This document shows, piece after piece, positions 61,523 to 64,000 of a stretch of 64,000 nucleotides of DNA (position 1 is its first letter; every line of letters starts with the position of its first letter). The stretch lies in IMG/VR virus record IMGVR_UViG_3300028610_002211, positions 1-64,000 of that record; one strand, written 5' to 3'. The DNA is from a virus. The position numbers and the translations under genes are program-made. The notes under the pieces are model-generated. The model saw only the letters and a program-made list of their open reading frames with translations. It did not search any database and was not told the origin of the DNA.

Positions 61523-61789
61523 ATGAAAAAGAATATCGAGATTGAAAAATTCAGAAAACACGTCGAGAATACGTATAAACGCCAACCAACGGGTTGTGGT
61601 GGTTCTTTCGGAGAGATCCTATGTTTCGAAATACACGATCAACCCGTTAACTCCAGAATGAGAGCTAAGTCATTCAATGACGGATATACTACAGGACTAA
61701 CTTTTACTGAGCTAGCAGCAAAATGGGGAATATCCGTTAGCTTTCTGGGTGAGCTAATTCGAGACCATTGTATTAAAATGGAATCGTAA
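61523..61789 (+). CDS. Hypothetical protein
   Basis: GGGAG SD; codon style differs from its neighbours. Confidence 0.7.
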   Translation: MKKNIEIEKFRKHVENTYKRQPTGCGGSFGEILCFEIHDQPVNSRMRAKSFNDGYTTGLTFTELAAKWGISVSFLGELIRDHCIKMES

Positions 61790-61860
61790 TTGTTATTTCC
61801 CTGCGTCGTTTAATCTTTTACATTCACTACACAACGAATGACACCCTCCATCAATATAAA

Positions 61861-61885
61861 AAGGGGAGGCTAAACGCCTCCCCTT
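61861..61885 (-). terminator. Terminator hairpin (U-tract on the minus strand, possibly bidirectional)
   Basis: AAGGGGAGGC-TAAAC-GCCTCCCCTT preceded by an A-tract. Confidence 0.7.
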
Positions 61886-61985
61886 ACTTGTATCGTGCCC
61901 GGGACGCACCCAAGCTGTCTTTTACAAAACAATGGTGTATCAGATACTCTATTTTGTCAATAGAAAAATGAATAGCCCAAAAGCA

Positions 61986-62021
61986 CAAAAGCCTTGGGTG
62001 ACACAACACCCAAGGCTTTTG
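61986..62021. terminator. Perfect 15-bp bidirectional terminator-like hairpin
   Basis: CAAAAGCCTTGGGTG-ACACAA-CACCCAAGGCTTTTG. Confidence 0.75.
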
Positions 62022-62370
62022 AATTGGCGGGTACATTTCAGACACACCAAAGATACAGTAGGAAATATACCGCAGGTGTCGCCAATTTTCAAGTAAAAAA
62101 TATAACTTTTTTGACTTTTGTTTTAGGGTCGGATAACATCAAATCATGACCAGAGTCCAAGGTCAATCGCTAGTTGTCTTTACGCGCTCTCATACGGGCG
62201 CTCAAGAGACGTTTTTCACAAATGTACACTTGACTTCAACCTTTTATATGTGGCGTGCTATCCCCTTGCCAGACACCTGAGAAGCGTATGAAACAAAACC
62301 CGTTATAAAAACAGTGACGTGTTTCGAGCACTGTTCAAAAAAATATTTTTTTCGAAAACTGACAGTGAGG

Positions 62371-62402
62371 GACGACGGCTCTAAAAGGGCCGTCGTTTTT
62401 TA
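62371..62402 (+). terminator. Intrinsic terminator/attenuator just upstream of tmk
   Basis: GACGACGGCTCT-AAA-AGGGCCGTCGTT followed by a T-tract. Confidence 0.7.
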
Positions 62403-62417
62403 TAAAAGGGGTGAAAA

Positions 62418-63047
62418 ATGGTAAGGGGGAAATTTATTGTTTTAGAGGGGGCAGACGGGGCGGGGACAACGACGATTGCGAATTATTTAACGGATAAACT
62501 AGAAACTAAATTTGGCAAAAGGTCTGTTGTGTTAACTCATGAACCATCAGATTTTGATACTGGTGTTTTTATTCGTGAAATTTTACGAAGTGAAAAAACG
62601 GTTTCGCAAGGTTTGGCAATGGCTTATCTGTTTATTGCGGATCGTATCGATCACACAAAACGCCGAATTATTCCAGCGCTCGAAGCTGGCAAAATGGTTG
62701 TTTGTGATCGTTATTACTTTTCAACTCTGGTTTATCAATCTGTCAAAGACGATTTTTCAAGTTCATGGAAAGAGTTAGAGGGTTTATCTCCTTTAATGCG
62801 GGGGCATATAGAGCCGGATTTATCTTTGCTTTTGGATTGTAGAATTGACACTTTGCGAGATAGGCGTGAAAATCGAAATGAAGTAAAAGAGATTTATGAA
62901 AACGATGGTTATCAAAAGATAGTTGTTGATCTTTATCGTGCTTTGTTTTCTAGGTATAGATATAATTCCGAGATGATTGACGCCGAAGAAAGTCTTATTT
63001 CCGTAAAGGCTAAAACGTGGGCAGTGACTAAAGAACTTTTTTCTTGA
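62418..63047 (+). CDS. tmk: Thymidylate kinase
   Basis: FIVLEGADGAGTTT, THEPS, LFIADR.DH, VVCDRY..ST.VYQ, PDL..LLD, EIYE. Confidence 0.92.
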   Translation: MVRGKFIVLEGADGAGTTTIANYLTDKLETKFGKRSVVLTHEPSDFDTGVFIREILRSEKTVSQGLAMAYLFIADRIDHTKRRIIPALEAGKMVVCDRYYFSTLVYQSVKDDFSSSWKELEGLSPLMRGHIEPDLSLLLDCRIDTLRDRRENRNEVKEIYENDGYQKIVVDLYRALFSRYRYNSEMIDAEESLISVKAKTWAVTKELFS

Positions 63048-63080
63048 CTTGTGAAATAGAATCTGATAAAATCCCTTCCA

Positions 63081-63986
63081 ATGTCTAAAAACATTAAGAG
63101 AATTTACTGTGTTGACTGTGCTTTTTGTCTTGTCGAACAGGGAAAAAAGCAAGTTATTTATACTTGCCGTTGCCGAGAAAGCGAGAAATACGATAAATGT
63201 GTTGATCCTTGGGATACGTGTACGCAATTCAAACAACGAGTTTGTACAATGTGCCATGTTGAAGGTTTGAAAAACCCTTGTCCACTTTTACACGGTGGAG
63301 AAAGTTAGAGGTTTGTTTTGGAAACTAATTCAAAAATATTTTGTGATAACGAAAAACACAGAATTACAAAAACCGCAAATGGCAAATTTAAAGTTTACGA
63401 CAAAGAGAAAAAGACAACGATCGGTGAATTTGACACTTTGCGAAAAGCAACAAATTCAACAAAGGTTGTCGAGGAAACTGAGATTAAGCCCGAATGGGTT
63501 GAACCCAAACCGCCGAAGAAAAAACCAAAAAGAAGATAAAAGTAATTTGTTGACTTCTGAATTAGAAATTTTATTGACTTGTAATCGAAACCGATCTATA
63601 TTGGATCTGTTACAGAAAGCCATTTTGTGAAAAAACCTCCTACTAGCCCGGTTAACGCCGGGCACTATCAAGAGGTTTCGTGATTTTTATTGACTTCTGA
63701 AATCGAGGGGAAAATGCAAATTGATCTATTTGAACGAATCAAATCTGTTTTGATACAGAAAGGTTGGCAGTATTACCGAAATGAGGATATGTGGACCACT
63801 GAAAAAACGTTAACGTTTGAAAGTGTCGCTGTAACAAATGAAGCTTTGATCTCGATTATGAATACAGACAGCCCTGGCTTAATTGGTCTCTTTTTCACCT
63901 ATATATTGAAAAAACCAGATGTGTTAAAAGATATTTTTGATCTTTTACCAAATAGTTTTTTTAACGAAAATTGGATCCAAGCATAA
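63081..63986 (+). CDS. Three small hypothetical genes (63081-63308, 63318-63539, ~63714-63986)
   Basis: + ORFs; promoters TTGACT-17-TAAAAT (63044) and TTGACT-17-TATATT (63574). Confidence 0.55.
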
Positions 63987-64000
63987 AAAAATTTTATAAC

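Noticed and set aside
61790-62410. tRNA genes in the structured intergenic region
   Set aside because: No cloverleaf with a T-loop (GTTCRA) and D-arm could be built here or at 44-46 kb; tRNAscan-SE would be decisive.
1-64000. Stop-codon reassignment and minus-strand protein genes
   Set aside because: Core genes are intact in the standard code with TAA, TGA and TAG all used as stops; minus-strand ORFs overlap well-supported + genes and lack recognisable motifs.

Overview
This is a 64-kb segment of a large, AT-rich, tailed dsDNA bacteriophage (or phage-plasmid) genome with essentially all genes on the + strand, read in the standard code. 1-4.9 kb: end of a repeat-rich tail-fibre gene, small genes and a holin/spanin-like lysis cassette. 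5.1-34.4 kb: a self-sufficient replication, recombination and nucleotide module (SF2 helicase, initiator-like protein, DnaC-like loader, DnaB, primase, DnaE, HU, gp32-like SSB, RecA, SbcCD, RuvC-like, 5'-3' exonuclease, UDG, Dam-like MTase, ThyX). 34.5-64 kb: an early/accessory region of small genes (ArdC, two Acb2/Tad1-like hairpin domains, HNH, DUF2786, Tmk) with a non-coding, possibly terminal segment at 44.1-45.9 kb. The most unusual signal is non-coding. (i) A dispersed sigma70 promoter-leader cassette whose predicted +1 ATG is always in frame with a second, SD-led ATG. (ii) An ACWTNTRARTTA box that overlaps the -35 and also occurs free-standing. (iii) Four sigma54 (-24/-12) sites, three matching the full consensus, set back-to-back with that box and pointing into non-coding hairpins. 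(iv) A 27-bp stem whose loop is the reverse complement of the shared leader/SD, a candidate antisense or decoy RNA for the whole cassette family. Also seen: many ~10.5-bp-phased gyrase-site-like elements, a parS-like site and tandem sRNA-like units. All protein calls come from motifs recognised by eye; no database searches were run.
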